The translations under genes were made by a program, and so were the position numbers. From positions 32,001 to 96,000 of IMG/VR virus record IMGVR_UViG_3300027963_000043: a stretch of 64,000 nucleotides of DNA. One strand, given 5' to 3'. This document shows, in pieces, positions 37,515 to 47,025 of this stretch (its first letter is position 1; the number at the start of each line of letters is the position of its first letter). Under the pieces are notes generated by a model. It had not been told where the DNA came from, searched no databases, and worked only from the letters and a program-made list of their open reading frames with translations. The stretch comes from a virus.

Positions 37515-40093
37515 TTATTTTTATCTGTCTTTTTTAAATCATTTAATTTCATATAAATTTGATGATCTTGAATAGCTATTAAGTCACCAAATATACAATC
37601 ATCTCTTTTTGAGCCCTTCGCAATAACAATATTTCCCTCTTCAAAAGCTTTATTATTCAATAATTTATTATTCTCGATATTATCATTGAATATTAATACG
37701 CTAATTGAGCTGGTTTCATCTGATATTTTTAACCTTACATATCTAGTTTTCTTTTCATTTTTAGATACGCCAGTATATACTTCTTCTATTTGACCAACAA
37801 ATGCTACTTTGCTATTAACTGGTTCTTGTATAATATCGCTAATATATTTAAGATTTTCTCTCTTCTCTGCAAAGATGTCTCTTAAATTTTTATTATATGT
37901 ATACCCCAAAAGCTTCTTTTCGTAATACCAGTTAGCAAAACTTTCGCTTTTGCTGTTCTGATTATAGATTTCAAGATATGGGGCATATTTTGCTTTGATA
38001 GTATTTAATCTTGTATCTTTAATAACTAAATGATTCTTTTCATCAGTAAACTTGTTAAGATGCTTAATAATTTTAATTAAGTCATAATCAAACTTGTCTG
38101 CGAATGAAATTGAATACTTCTTCTCTTTAGCGGTTAAAATATTCCATAATTGAGCTTCTAATACGATTTTACTTCTAGATTGATTAAAGCCACTTAATGC
38201 TCCTGCTTGAATCAATGAGGACAATACTCCAATATTAAGATTCGCTTCTTCGGCTGCTTGGAAAATTTCAAATTTATTAGAATATTTATTTCTAAAACTA
38301 TTTAATTTTTCAATAGATTTATCACTAATTCCTTTGATAGATAATAAGCCGAATCTAATGTCTTTATGTTCTATTGAGAAATCCATTTCTGATTTAATAA
38401 TATGAGGTGGGAGAAGCTTGATATCAAATTCATGCATTTCTTTTTGAATCTTGGAAATTTCACCAATTGGATCTGGTTCGTTTCTAGTCATTTTTAATAA
38501 AGATAAAAAGAATTGTTGAGGATAATTGAATTTTAAATAAATTGTTACAGCTGCTAAAGCTGCATACGCCAATGAATGACTCTTATTAAATGAGTAGTTA
38601 GCGGAATCTTCTAAAATTTTCCATAGAATTTCTCCTACTTCTTTAGGTATTTTATTTTCTTTAATCTTTGATTCGATCTTCTTTTTCCAAGCTTTAATTT
38701 CTTCCGTTTTCTTTTTACCTACTATTCTTCTTAGAATTTCTGCTTCATCTAAAGTAAATCCGATCTTGTTTGCCATCTTCATCAATTGCTCTTGATACAA
38801 TGCTACTCCACCAGTTTGTTTTAGAATGTCATCAAAGAACGGATGAATACTTTCTGATTGTTGATAATTTGTATGAGCAGCATATTTATCTACGAATTGT
38901 AATGCTCCAGGTCTTGCTAAGGCTAATACTCCACTAAGTTCTTCAAGATTCTTCGGTTTTACTTTTTGGCAAACTCTAAAATTTGTCTCCGCTTCAATTT
39001 GAAATAAACCATGAGGAGATTTTAAATCTTGTAGATTTCTATAGATAGATTCATGATTTAAATCAATATCTTCTACTTTAATACCGATGTTTCTACAAAC
39101 ATCATCTACAACCGACACGCTTCTTAATCCCAAGATATCAAGTTTAATATTAAATAAACTAACCCAATTCATATCAAAACTTGAAACTGGTTCTTTATCA
39201 GAAGAAAATTCTGTTGGACATACTGTTTCTAAATCATAGTAAGAAAGTAGAACTCCTGATGGATGAACTCCTTTATTTTTAATTAAATCTCTTAATTTTA
39301 AAGCAATTCGAAATGTTTCTTTATTCTCATCGCACCAATCTTTAAATTTTTCTACTTCTTCATATGCAGTATTAATATCTTTAACTTGACCGAATACTTT
39401 TGGAATCAAAGAAGATATATTAGTCATTTCCTCTTCCGTCTTTTCTCCAACAATCTTTCCGCATTCTTTAATTAAGAGTTTTCCGCTCAAAGTATTAAGA
39501 GTTAAGATTTTGCTAGTTTTACCTTTAAATTTAGATTCTAAATACTGTAATACTTTTTGACGATTATAATAACAAATGTCCAAATCAACGTCACACATCA
39601 AACTACCATCAAGATATGTTATTTCATCAATAACCTGCTTTTTAGCTCGAATCTTGGATATAAATCTTTCGAAATAAAGGTCATATTTAACTGGATCAAT
39701 TCTAGTTACGCCAACTAGATAAAGAATAAGTGAACCAGCTGCGGAGCCTCTACCGAGTCCAACTGGTATATTATTTGTTTTACAAAAATTAATAACATCC
39801 CATACTAATAAAACATAATCTGTGAATCCTAGTTCTTTTAATGTTTCTAGTTCGTATTTCGCTCTATCAATATATTTCTTATAATCTTTATTATCTTTTT
39901 CTATTTTTAACTCTTTGAAGCCATTTAAAGCTAATGCTCTAAGAAAATCATAATTAGAGACATCTTCGCTAATATTAAGATGCCTTTTTAAAGAACCATC
40001 AATATTAAACTCTGGAAGTCTTACTCCATGCAATCCAAGATCAGTTGTAGTAAATTTGTTACAAAATAACTCGTCTTTTAAAATATTACTCAT
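37511..40093 (-). CDS. dnaE: DNA polymerase III alpha catalytic core (no PHP domain)
   Basis: GRGSAAGSL, FERF, DVDLD, HPSG, KLDILGL, YQEQ, FNKSH motifs and a C-terminal OB fold. Probable start at Met 40093. Confidence 0.93.
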   Translation of the reverse strand: MSNILKDELFCNKFTTTDLGLHGVRLPEFNIDGSLKRHLNISEDVSNYDFLRALALNGFKELKIEKDNKDYKKYIDRAKYELETLKELGFTDYVLLVWDVINFCKTNNIPVGLGRGSAAGSLILYLVGVTRIDPVKYDLYFERFISKIRAKKQVIDEITYLDGSLMCDVDLDICYYNRQKVLQYLESKFKGKTSKILTLNTLSGKLLIKECGKIVGEKTEEEMTNISSLIPKVFGQVKDINTAYEEVEKFKDWCDENKETFRIALKLRDLIKNKGVHPSGVLLSYYDLETVCPTEFSSDKEPVSSFDMNWVSLFNIKLDILGLRSVSVVDDVCRNIGIKVEDIDLNHESIYRNLQDLKSPHGLFQIEAETNFRVCQKVKPKNLEELSGVLALARPGALQFVDKYAAHTNYQQSESIHPFFDDILKQTGGVALYQEQLMKMANKIGFTLDEAEILRRIVGKKKTEEIKAWKKKIESKIKENKIPKEVGEILWKILEDSANYSFNKSHSLAYAALAAVTIYLKFNYPQQFFLSLLKMTRNEPDPIGEISKIQKEMHEFDIKLLPPHIIKSEMDFSIEHKDIRFGLLSIKGISDKSIEKLNSFRNKYSNKFEIFQAAEEANLNIGVLSSLIQAGALSGFNQSRSKIVLEAQLWNILTAKEKKYSISFADKFDYDLIKIIKHLNKFTDEKNHLVIKDTRLNTIKAKYAPYLEIYNQNSKSESFANWYYEKKLLGYTYNKNLRDIFAEKRENLKYISDIIQEPVNSKVAFVGQIEEVYTGVSKNEKKTRYVRLKISDETSSISVLIFNDNIENNKLLNNKAFEEGNIVIAKGSKRDDCIFGDLIAIQDHQIYMKLNDLKKTDKNN

Positions 40094-40310
40094 CGTCTTC
40101 CTCTTCATCTTGTTTGTCTATATTATCTATTTCTTTATTGAACGCTGATAATCCAGTCGCTAATATCTTCATCGAAGCTCTATCTTTTAAGCTAAAGAAT
40201 ACATCTGCCTTACCTTGTTTTTTGCCTTTTTGAACAGTGATAAGAAGATATTCTATTCCACCATCTTCTAATTTTTGGATTATATCGTAAATATCGTCTA
40301 GTGATGCCAT
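40086..40310 (-). CDS. Small protein with an acidic tail
   Basis: 74 aa ending DEEEDDE, coupled between the exonuclease and dnaE. Confidence 0.65.
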   Translation of the reverse strand: MASLDDIYDIIQKLEDGGIEYLLITVQKGKKQGKADVFFSLKDRASMKILATGLSAFNKEIDNIDKQDEEEDDE

Positions 40311-40311
40311 A

Positions 40312-40950
40312 TTATACCTCTAACTGCCACTTCAATTTATTCCATACTTTTAAATTCAAGTCAAGATCATTAATGGCATCATGAAGTTTTTCATAATCAT
40401 GCTCTATTCCATTTTCTTTTCCTAGGAAAGTCAAAGAACTTTTAACATTCTTTTTTCTAGTATGAAGAATTTTATACTGATATTCTATTAAATTATCTTT
40501 TGAATTATAAGGCATCTCATATTTTATGCCTCTAGCTATCGCGTTTGTATCAATAAACTTATCTACAAGATGATGCCAATTGCAGCCCATATATTTATAA
40601 TACTCTTTTATAAGATAAATGTCAAATCCAAGAGTATTGTGTCCAATAATATAATCTGCATTATCTAGCCAATCTTTAATCGTTGGAAATATTTCTTTTG
40701 GATCAAAACCCTCCTTTTGAACTTTTTTATGATCATATCTTGTAATTCTCGCCGCATCTTGACTTATTTTTAAATCTGTTTGCCATTTTAAATAAAAATT
40801 CTTTTGATCAATTTTCTTATCTCCTTGAACCTTCAGCATCGCAATTTGCCAAGGTAAATTATGACAAAAATTTAAACAAAGATTAAATGTTTCACAATCA
40901 ATAAAAACTAATTTTTTATTTTTATCGTATCTTAAAAGATGTTCGTCCAT
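40312..40950 (-). CDS. DEDDh 3'-5' exonuclease (DnaQ/epsilon-like)
   Basis: FIDCET, IGHNTLGFD and LHDAINDL motifs intact. Start moved to ATG 40950. Confidence 0.88.
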   Translation of the reverse strand: MDEHLLRYDKNKKLVFIDCETFNLCLNFCHNLPWQIAMLKVQGDKKIDQKNFYLKWQTDLKISQDAARITRYDHKKVQKEGFDPKEIFPTIKDWLDNADYIIGHNTLGFDIYLIKEYYKYMGCNWHHLVDKFIDTNAIARGIKYEMPYNSKDNLIEYQYKILHTRKKNVKSSLTFLGKENGIEHDYEKLHDAINDLDLNLKVWNKLKWQLEV

Positions 40951-40951
40951 A

Positions 40952-41698
40952 TTATCTTTTTTCCTTCCAACTTTCAAAGGAAAATTCATTGCTGCTCATA
41001 TGCTCTATATCTGGTTTATTCAATACACTTCTATTATTAATGCATCTAAATGTAAGGTATGTTTTGAAATCTTTTCGATCAGTATAATAAATACTTTTTG
41101 TATTAAAAACTTCTAGTTTATTCTTTTCTGCGAATGATAGCATTTTATCTTTAATAAGAAAATCAAAAGGTAGTTCGTTCTGTTCAATAAATACTACTGG
41201 TTTAGTAAAGTCTATTTGAGGAACGCATATACTATTTTTTAGAGTATTATTGAATATGAAAGAATCATAGAATGGAATACCAATAATTAGATCATCTGAC
41301 CAGTTATTCTTTATTGTTTTATAATCTAGTCTAGGTTCATAATAAAAACCATCTTTTGCGCCAATACTAAATAGTTTAGTTAAAGATTCATAGCCTTTTT
41401 TATTTTTAAAGAAAAGTATAAGTTTTGAGTTTTTAATTCTTGATTCATCAGTTTTATCAGCCATCGATTCTGTAACCGAAATTCTTAATCCATAATTCAA
41501 TTTAATATCATTGTTCTTGCAATTTGTATAAGCTTCAAGAAATGATGACATATTATCCTCTACTAGGAATATCTCTTTTAATTTATTTTGTTTGGCTATT
41601 TGAATAATAGAATCTGGATATTCATCTCTTTCAGACTTATCCTCTAGAGTAAGAATAGATCTTCCTAAAGAATAATGAGATTTAAATAAAGGTATCAT
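40952..41698 (-). CDS. Stand-alone PHP domain of DNA polymerase III alpha
   Basis: FKSHYSLGRSIL...EDNMSSF...LFFKNKKGYESL...FYYEPRLD matches the DnaE N-terminus; metal ligands look degenerate. Confidence 0.8.
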   Translation of the reverse strand: MIPLFKSHYSLGRSILTLEDKSERDEYPDSIIQIAKQNKLKEIFLVEDNMSSFLEAYTNCKNNDIKLNYGLRISVTESMADKTDESRIKNSKLILFFKNKKGYESLTKLFSIGAKDGFYYEPRLDYKTIKNNWSDDLIIGIPFYDSFIFNNTLKNSICVPQIDFTKPVVFIEQNELPFDFLIKDKMLSFAEKNKLEVFNTKSIYYTDRKDFKTYLTFRCINNRSVLNKPDIEHMSSNEFSFESWKEKR

Positions 41699-41705
41699 TT
41701 TTACC

Positions 41706-41734
41706 AATATAACAGGATTTTATAAATATATCAA
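41706..41734 (-). promoter_or_regulatory. sigma70-like promoter
   Basis: TTGATA-17-TATATT, 7 nt before ATG 41698. Confidence 0.65.
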
Positions 41735-42696
41735 TCTAAAAATTCATCTTTTGAGTCATCAGGAAACTCATTTTTAGCAGAACTAGTTTGAAATTTGGGA
41801 CATCCTTCGTATGTTCGAGTTTCTACTTTAAATCCTTCAATATCTTTAAAATTATCTTCTAGACTAGTTTCTACAACTTCGCCTTTATCATTTACTTTGA
41901 CATAATATTTATATGGATCTTTATATGGGCATTTCCATCCACCAACTTGACACATCCATTTATTCTTAACGCTATCTATTGCAAAATTTGATCTGGCTGA
42001 TTCTTCATCAAACTTATTAACATAATCATTAATATGCTCAAGATAATGCTCGAATCCCTTAATTTGATTATCATCAAATACTAATTCTTGAATTGGTTGT
42101 TTTGGAAATCTAAGAAATAAAAATTTAACAATAGGTTTTAATTTTGGCCATAATTTTTTACTTGCTAGACTGTACATCATAGCTTGAATATTGGCTTCAA
42201 GGTCATCACCCCTAAACTTATATTTGGAGCTTTTATAATCAATTATGTGCATTTCTTTTTTGATTTTAACTGGCTTATCTATAAAACCACGAATATGATA
42301 TTTAGGTTCATCATTCTGAATATTAAAATCATATTCTGGCTTAACTATCTCGCCACCTTCTCCAAAGAAATCATTTTTAAGACCAACCAAAATCATATCA
42401 TTTAATAATTTATAATTGCTTTCGTCTAGTTTGACTTTTAATGATAACTTTTTAACTAGTCTATTTATTCCTTCGTCTCCATCAATTGCATTCTTTTTTA
42501 TTATTCTTTTATAATTTTTAAGGTGTCTTTTATTTAAAAGTAGTTCGAAAACTGTATGGCAAATTGTTCCTCTTAATGCTCCGTCGTTTTGACTTTGTGG
42601 AACTTTGGTATGATAGTTGTTCCAGTAGACCCAAGAACAAGTCTCAAGAGTTTTGATTCTAGAGGCTGATAATACTTTTAAAGATTGTTTTTCCAT
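41731..42696 (-). CDS. PD-(D/E)XK exonuclease, RecB/AddB/Cas4-like with an Fe-S Cys set
   Basis: LSASRIKTLETC, IRGFID, IIDYKS, QAMMY, CQVGGWKCP...GCP. Confidence 0.85.
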   Translation of the reverse strand: MEKQSLKVLSASRIKTLETCSWVYWNNYHTKVPQSQNDGALRGTICHTVFELLLNKRHLKNYKRIIKKNAIDGDEGINRLVKKLSLKVKLDESNYKLLNDMILVGLKNDFFGEGGEIVKPEYDFNIQNDEPKYHIRGFIDKPVKIKKEMHIIDYKSSKYKFRGDDLEANIQAMMYSLASKKLWPKLKPIVKFLFLRFPKQPIQELVFDDNQIKGFEHYLEHINDYVNKFDEESARSNFAIDSVKNKWMCQVGGWKCPYKDPYKYYVKVNDKGEVVETSLEDNFKDIEGFKVETRTYEGCPKFQTSSAKNEFPDDSKDEFLD

Positions 42697-43583
42697 TTAA
42701 CTATTTCTTCTTTAGTCATCTCACCAAAATCTTTCTTAGGTGGTAGAGCTATTTTTAGTTGGCTTTTGTCAAAGTATCTACTCAATCTTGCTTGAGTTTT
42801 TTCCGCTGCAATATTTCCAGCGTTATTTTTATTAGAATCATTATTTAAACTTATATAAATCTTTTTTGGATCAAGTTTTAAACAGTAATTTAAAATCGCT
42901 AAACTTAAACTAGTTCCAAATGTAACCAGAGTATTCTTAACTCCAGCTTGCCATAGACTCAACATATCTCCAATGCTTTCGACTAAGATAAGTTCTTTTT
43001 CTTGTTGTATAATTTCTGAGTTGACGAATAATGGATAAACAAACTCTGTTTTCTCACCAATATGCTTCCACTTTATTTTAGATAAATTAGTAATATCTCT
43101 TCCAGAAAATCCTATAATATTATTCTTAGCATTAAAAATAGGAAACACATACCTGTTCTTCATCTTTCCCATTTTTGCAACTCCACCTTTAAAAACTTTA
43201 AGTGTTTCAATATCAACATCTCTTTTGAGCCAATAGGTTTGATCATCTTCTAGTCTAGAAAGGATTTCTGTGTCAAATTTTTTAGAAGATTTTATAAGTG
43301 GTTTTTGAGGTTCTGTTGGGTTTTTAAATGCAAAGTTTTTATTTTTAAGCCATTCTTGAGCTTCGCTTGGGTTTTCTAATTTAAGCGTTAATTTAACTAA
43401 CGAGTTTATGTCTCCACTCATATTCTGTTTGAAGTCAACCCATTTACCAGTATCTTTATAGATTCTTAACACGGAGTCATTATCGCTATCCCTATACAAA
43501 GGTTTAGCTCTAAATTCTTTTCCGCAATCTTTTAATTGATAACCAAGATCAGTTAAGATTTGGTATACATTTAATTCTTCCAT
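42678..43583 (-). CDS. dnaG: DNA primase (DnaG-like TOPRIM)
   Basis: RYVFPIFN...GFSGR...KWKH, LVESIGD, VTFGTSLS; the Zn-binding domain is degenerate. Confidence 0.82.
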   Translation of the reverse strand: MEELNVYQILTDLGYQLKDCGKEFRAKPLYRDSDNDSVLRIYKDTGKWVDFKQNMSGDINSLVKLTLKLENPSEAQEWLKNKNFAFKNPTEPQKPLIKSSKKFDTEILSRLEDDQTYWLKRDVDIETLKVFKGGVAKMGKMKNRYVFPIFNAKNNIIGFSGRDITNLSKIKWKHIGEKTEFVYPLFVNSEIIQQEKELILVESIGDMLSLWQAGVKNTLVTFGTSLSLAILNYCLKLDPKKIYISLNNDSNKNNAGNIAAEKTQARLSRYFDKSQLKIALPPKKDFGEMTKEEIVKWKNNL

Positions 43584-44227
43584 TCTAAAGCCTCACTTAT
43601 TGTTGGAAATTCTTTGATGAAAATCTTCTTGCATTTTTCCGCAATCATTCTGTGTTCTTTTTGAGTATTTTGTTCTGTTCTCAATTCAATATAATGAATC
43701 CAGCTTCTTAATGAACCTTTCATGTACATTGTAGTTTGAGTCGTTAGGGGTAATATCATTCTTGCTACTTCTTTTGCAACTCCATTTTCAATCATGGTAT
43801 CGTAACAATGTTGAGAAAGCGACAAAGATTCTATTAGAAGTTCATTAACTTTATCATATGCATCTGTATTTGTTTTCATAAGAATTTCGCCTACTTGTCT
43901 ATTCTTATCTCCTTGTAGTCTAAGTTCAATATCTTCAAATTCATTCGCAACACTATATCTTTGACTAAACTCTTGAAAACTAAATGATCTATGTCTAAGA
44001 ATTTGCGCTGCAATCCCTCTGCTAGTTTTAATTTCAACACACATATCAACAAGTTCAAATGGACTCCAATGCTTGTGTTTAATTAAGAATTTTAATAGCT
44101 TTGGAGCAGTTTCAACATTCATCTGATTAGATGGATTGCTGACTCTAGCGCAAAATGCCACCAAATCTTCTGGATTTTTAATTCCTTTGATTTCTGGTTT
44201 TGTAATTGATACTAAGTCTACGTTCAT
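43571..44227 (-). CDS. thyX: Flavin-dependent thymidylate synthase
   Basis: HWSPFE, QILRHRSFSFQEFSQRY, EVARMILP, QKEHR. Confidence 0.96.
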   Translation of the reverse strand: MNVDLVSITKPEIKGIKNPEDLVAFCARVSNPSNQMNVETAPKLLKFLIKHKHWSPFELVDMCVEIKTSRGIAAQILRHRSFSFQEFSQRYSVANEFEDIELRLQGDKNRQVGEILMKTNTDAYDKVNELLIESLSLSQHCYDTMIENGVAKEVARMILPLTTQTTMYMKGSLRSWIHYIELRTEQNTQKEHRMIAEKCKKIFIKEFPTISEALEWKN

Positions 44228-45708
44228 AATAGTTCTCCGTCATTTGCATTTGCGTCATTAAGTTCGTATTGTTCTCTTTGACGCTCTGCTACATCTGCAA
44301 GTGATCCTCTTTCTTCGATGTTAAAGTTTTGAACATTATAATTTAAATAATTTTGTGACCAGACTTCTTTACCAGTACAATCCAATCTTCTAACCAAATC
44401 TTGGTGACCAGCTGCATCTTTTCCTTGGAATCTGGTTTTAGTAGGAATTAACTTATGAGTTCCAAACGCTTGACCATCAAGAGTAATCTCGTCTAGAGTT
44501 TTTCTTCTAAAGATTGCTACGAATGACGCAAACCATTGTAATCTATCTGAAAGTGAAATCACAGAGCTATCATCCACAACCTCTGAACCTTTTCTATTGA
44601 AACTTTCGCCAGTTCTATTTAATTGCATAGCTGTAATAATTGGACAATGAATTTCTTCTGAAATTCTTTTTAACTTATCAATCTTATCTCCAATTGCTTG
44701 ATGCTCTGCCCAATTTTGGCCTACTTTTTCTCCAGTTAATTTAATATAATCATAAGCAATCATAGCTTGGTTTCCTCTCCCAACTTTAGAAAGATACCAT
44801 CTGCGAATAATAGAGCATACTTGATCAATATTTTTATTTCCTACATGATAATGAAAGTACTCATATTTTTTAACTTTCTCCCAAGCCTCTCTAACTTTCT
44901 TGGTCATTTCTTCATTTTTGCGCCAATTACCAGTTTCAAGATACCAAACTGGAACTCCACTCAAAGATGCAACCATTCTTAATTGAATATCTACGGTTTG
45001 CATTTCAGTATCAAGAATAAGAGTTTTAGTTTTATTTTTAGGATTAATAGAGGTCTTAAAGCAAATATCATTTAACCAAGTTGATTTTCCTTGACCTGGC
45101 CTACTTGCAATGGCATAAATATTACCATTCTTTAAACCACCATACATTCTATTAAATTCAGAATATGGAGTTATAAGTCCAGTATCTTCTTTTGGACTAT
45201 TGCCGATTTCTTCGATAAGATCTTCAACTCCCTCGAAAATATTAATTGGCATATCATTCTCTGAATAAGAAGAGATCTTTTTATTATAAATCTGATCTAT
45301 TTTAGTAATAATAGAATCAAGAGACTCATCTGAATTTTTTGTTACATATTCTTTAAGTTTATCTGCTGTTGAGGAAATCTCTCTTCTAACTCGTAGCTTA
45401 ATAAGTTCCTTGCATGCTTCCATCGTAGCTTCTTGAGTTATTTGGGAAAAGCTTAAATTATCAATATAATCGAATATATTAATCTCATCTTTAAATGAAA
45501 TTCCAAGATTTTTAATCTTTTCAGCTAATAATACTTTATCTACGTTTTCACCTTTATGCTTAATATTCTTGAATATTGAATAAATAGTAGAATGAACATC
45601 GTTATAGAAATCATTCTCTGATAAAAATACATCAATATCTGCAAATAAATCTTGATGCTTTAATAGCCCGCTTAAAACGTGTCTTTCTACTTGTAAAGAA
45701 TAAATCAT
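44224..45708 (-). CDS. dnaB: Replicative DNA helicase
   Basis: ASRPGQGKST Walker A, LDTEM, YDYIK, AMQLNR, KTRF arginine finger. Confidence 0.93.
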   Translation of the reverse strand: MIYSLQVERHVLSGLLKHQDLFADIDVFLSENDFYNDVHSTIYSIFKNIKHKGENVDKVLLAEKIKNLGISFKDEINIFDYIDNLSFSQITQEATMEACKELIKLRVRREISSTADKLKEYVTKNSDESLDSIITKIDQIYNKKISSYSENDMPINIFEGVEDLIEEIGNSPKEDTGLITPYSEFNRMYGGLKNGNIYAIASRPGQGKSTWLNDICFKTSINPKNKTKTLILDTEMQTVDIQLRMVASLSGVPVWYLETGNWRKNEEMTKKVREAWEKVKKYEYFHYHVGNKNIDQVCSIIRRWYLSKVGRGNQAMIAYDYIKLTGEKVGQNWAEHQAIGDKIDKLKRISEEIHCPIITAMQLNRTGESFNRKGSEVVDDSSVISLSDRLQWFASFVAIFRRKTLDEITLDGQAFGTHKLIPTKTRFQGKDAAGHQDLVRRLDCTGKEVWSQNYLNYNVQNFNIEERGSLADVAERQREQYELNDANANDGELL

Positions 45709-45717
45709 CCTTTATAT

Positions 45718-45746
45718 ATGATACCAAACTAGAAATTAAAAGTCAA
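45718..45746 (-). promoter_or_regulatory. sigma70-like promoter
   Basis: TTGACT-17-TATCAT, 9 nt before ATG 45708. Confidence 0.75.
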
Positions 45747-45749
45747 GTT

Positions 45750-46013
45750 TTAATCTTCTTCTTCTGAATCTTCTTCTTCGTTTTTTCTGGCTATTAAATC
45801 AGTAGTAGCTTCCAAATTAAGTTGATCTATGCTTTGTCCCCATGTATTTAAATAATACAATAAAGCCATAGCATTTATTTGATTATCAAATTTTGTATAT
45901 ACTTGCGGTTCACCTTTATTAGAGAAATTAAAAAGAATATAACCACCAAAACTACATTCATCAATTTGTTTTAAAAGAGAGGCTGGAAAATTAAATTTTT
46001 TTTTATTTGTCAC
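45750..46013 (-). CDS. Small protein with an acidic tail
   Basis: 87 aa, GTG start, ends EEEDSEEED; preceded by the GTGTAA motif. Confidence 0.65.
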   Translation of the reverse strand: MTNKKKFNFPASLLKQIDECSFGGYILFNFSNKGEPQVYTKFDNQINAMALLYYLNTWGQSIDQLNLEATTDLIARKNEEEDSEEED

Positions 46014-46022
46014 CAGAAAATT

Positions 46023-46028
46023 TTACAC
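46023..46028 (-). promoter_or_regulatory. GTGTAA putative late-promoter motif
   Basis: In a 15-nt spacer, 9 nt before GTG 46013. Confidence 0.55.
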
Positions 46029-46448
46029 TTAAATAATTAATATTCCGCACTTTTCTTCTATATATTGTGGTGATAGGTTTTTTAAATCGTTTTCGTAGAG
46101 TTCTAAAAACTTAAATCCATTCATTTCTAGCCATTTTTCCTTTTTAACATCTCTTTTTATACTTTGAAGATATTTTAATCTGGAATTGTCGTGAAAGAAC
46201 TTATTAAAGCTCTCATGTTGATCGCCTTGTATCTCAACCGCTATCTTTTTAGTTGCATTTAATAAATCTACTTTAAGCATGCTTCCATAAACTGGAAACT
46301 CCTCATATACAATATGATTTTTCCAGTAAGGATAGAAGAATTGCTTGAATTTAAATTGCAATTTGCTCCTGCATTTTCCATCCCAATTTATTTCATAATT
46401 TCTTACGTTCTTATTAACGAGTTTCCCATTAATATTTAGTAATCTCAT
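46029..46448 (-). CDS. Vsr/DUF559-like endonuclease
   Basis: EEFPV...VDLL...IAVEIQGDQH...RDVKKEKWLEMNGFKFLEL. Confidence 0.7.
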   Translation of the reverse strand: MRLLNINGKLVNKNVRNYEINWDGKCRSKLQFKFKQFFYPYWKNHIVYEEFPVYGSMLKVDLLNATKKIAVEIQGDQHESFNKFFHDNSRLKYLQSIKRDVKKEKWLEMNGFKFLELYENDLKNLSPQYIEEKCGILII

Positions 46449-46449
46449 T

Positions 46450-47019
46450 TTAATTTTTAAATAAAAACCAACTTTTCCAAGGCAACTCTTCCTTTGTACT
46501 GTATACTTTTAAAGCGTTTTCTTCTGCAAATTCATCTACTGCTTGCTTAACTCCAAACACAGTAGAATACCATCCGTCATTTCCATTCAAATAATCATGT
46601 CCAGAGAATAAACCATTTTTCTTAAGTTTAGGAAACCATTTAATTAAATCATTTTTTACTGGTTCATAAGCGTGATTTGCATCTATATAAATAAAATCAA
46701 AAAAATTATCTTCAAAAAAATTAACAAATTCATCTGCGTAACCTTTGATAATTCTAACATTTTTAAATGAGTTTGAGATATTAGAGATTGTGTTAATCAT
46801 ATACTGAGCGTGCGTGCCATTATCAAAATTAGATATATCTTGATATTCTGAATTTGATTGTTGATCCCAGCAATCTAGTAAATATAACTTAAGATTACTA
46901 CAATTTTCTAAAATATGTTTAGCAAAAATACCCTGCTGCACTCCAATTTCAATACCATTTCCACTTGGTTTAAGTATTTTAATTAATTCGTCTCTACTTG
47001 ATACATTTTCTAAATCCAT
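46450..47019 (-). CDS. Class I SAM-dependent methyltransferase (Methyltransf_24-like, probably acting on glycan)
   Basis: GIEIGVQQG, DFIYIDANHAYE, FSGHDY. Confidence 0.8.
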   Translation of the reverse strand: MDLENVSSRDELIKILKPSGNGIEIGVQQGIFAKHILENCSNLKLYLLDCWDQQSNSEYQDISNFDNGTHAQYMINTISNISNSFKNVRIIKGYADEFVNFFEDNFFDFIYIDANHAYEPVKNDLIKWFPKLKKNGLFSGHDYLNGNDGWYSTVFGVKQAVDEFAEENALKVYSTKEELPWKSWFLFKN

Positions 47020-47025
47020 AATAAT

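Noticed and set aside
41731-42696. CRISPR-Cas system based on the Cas4-like nuclease
   Set aside because: No array or other cas genes; the replication context fits a solo recombination exonuclease.
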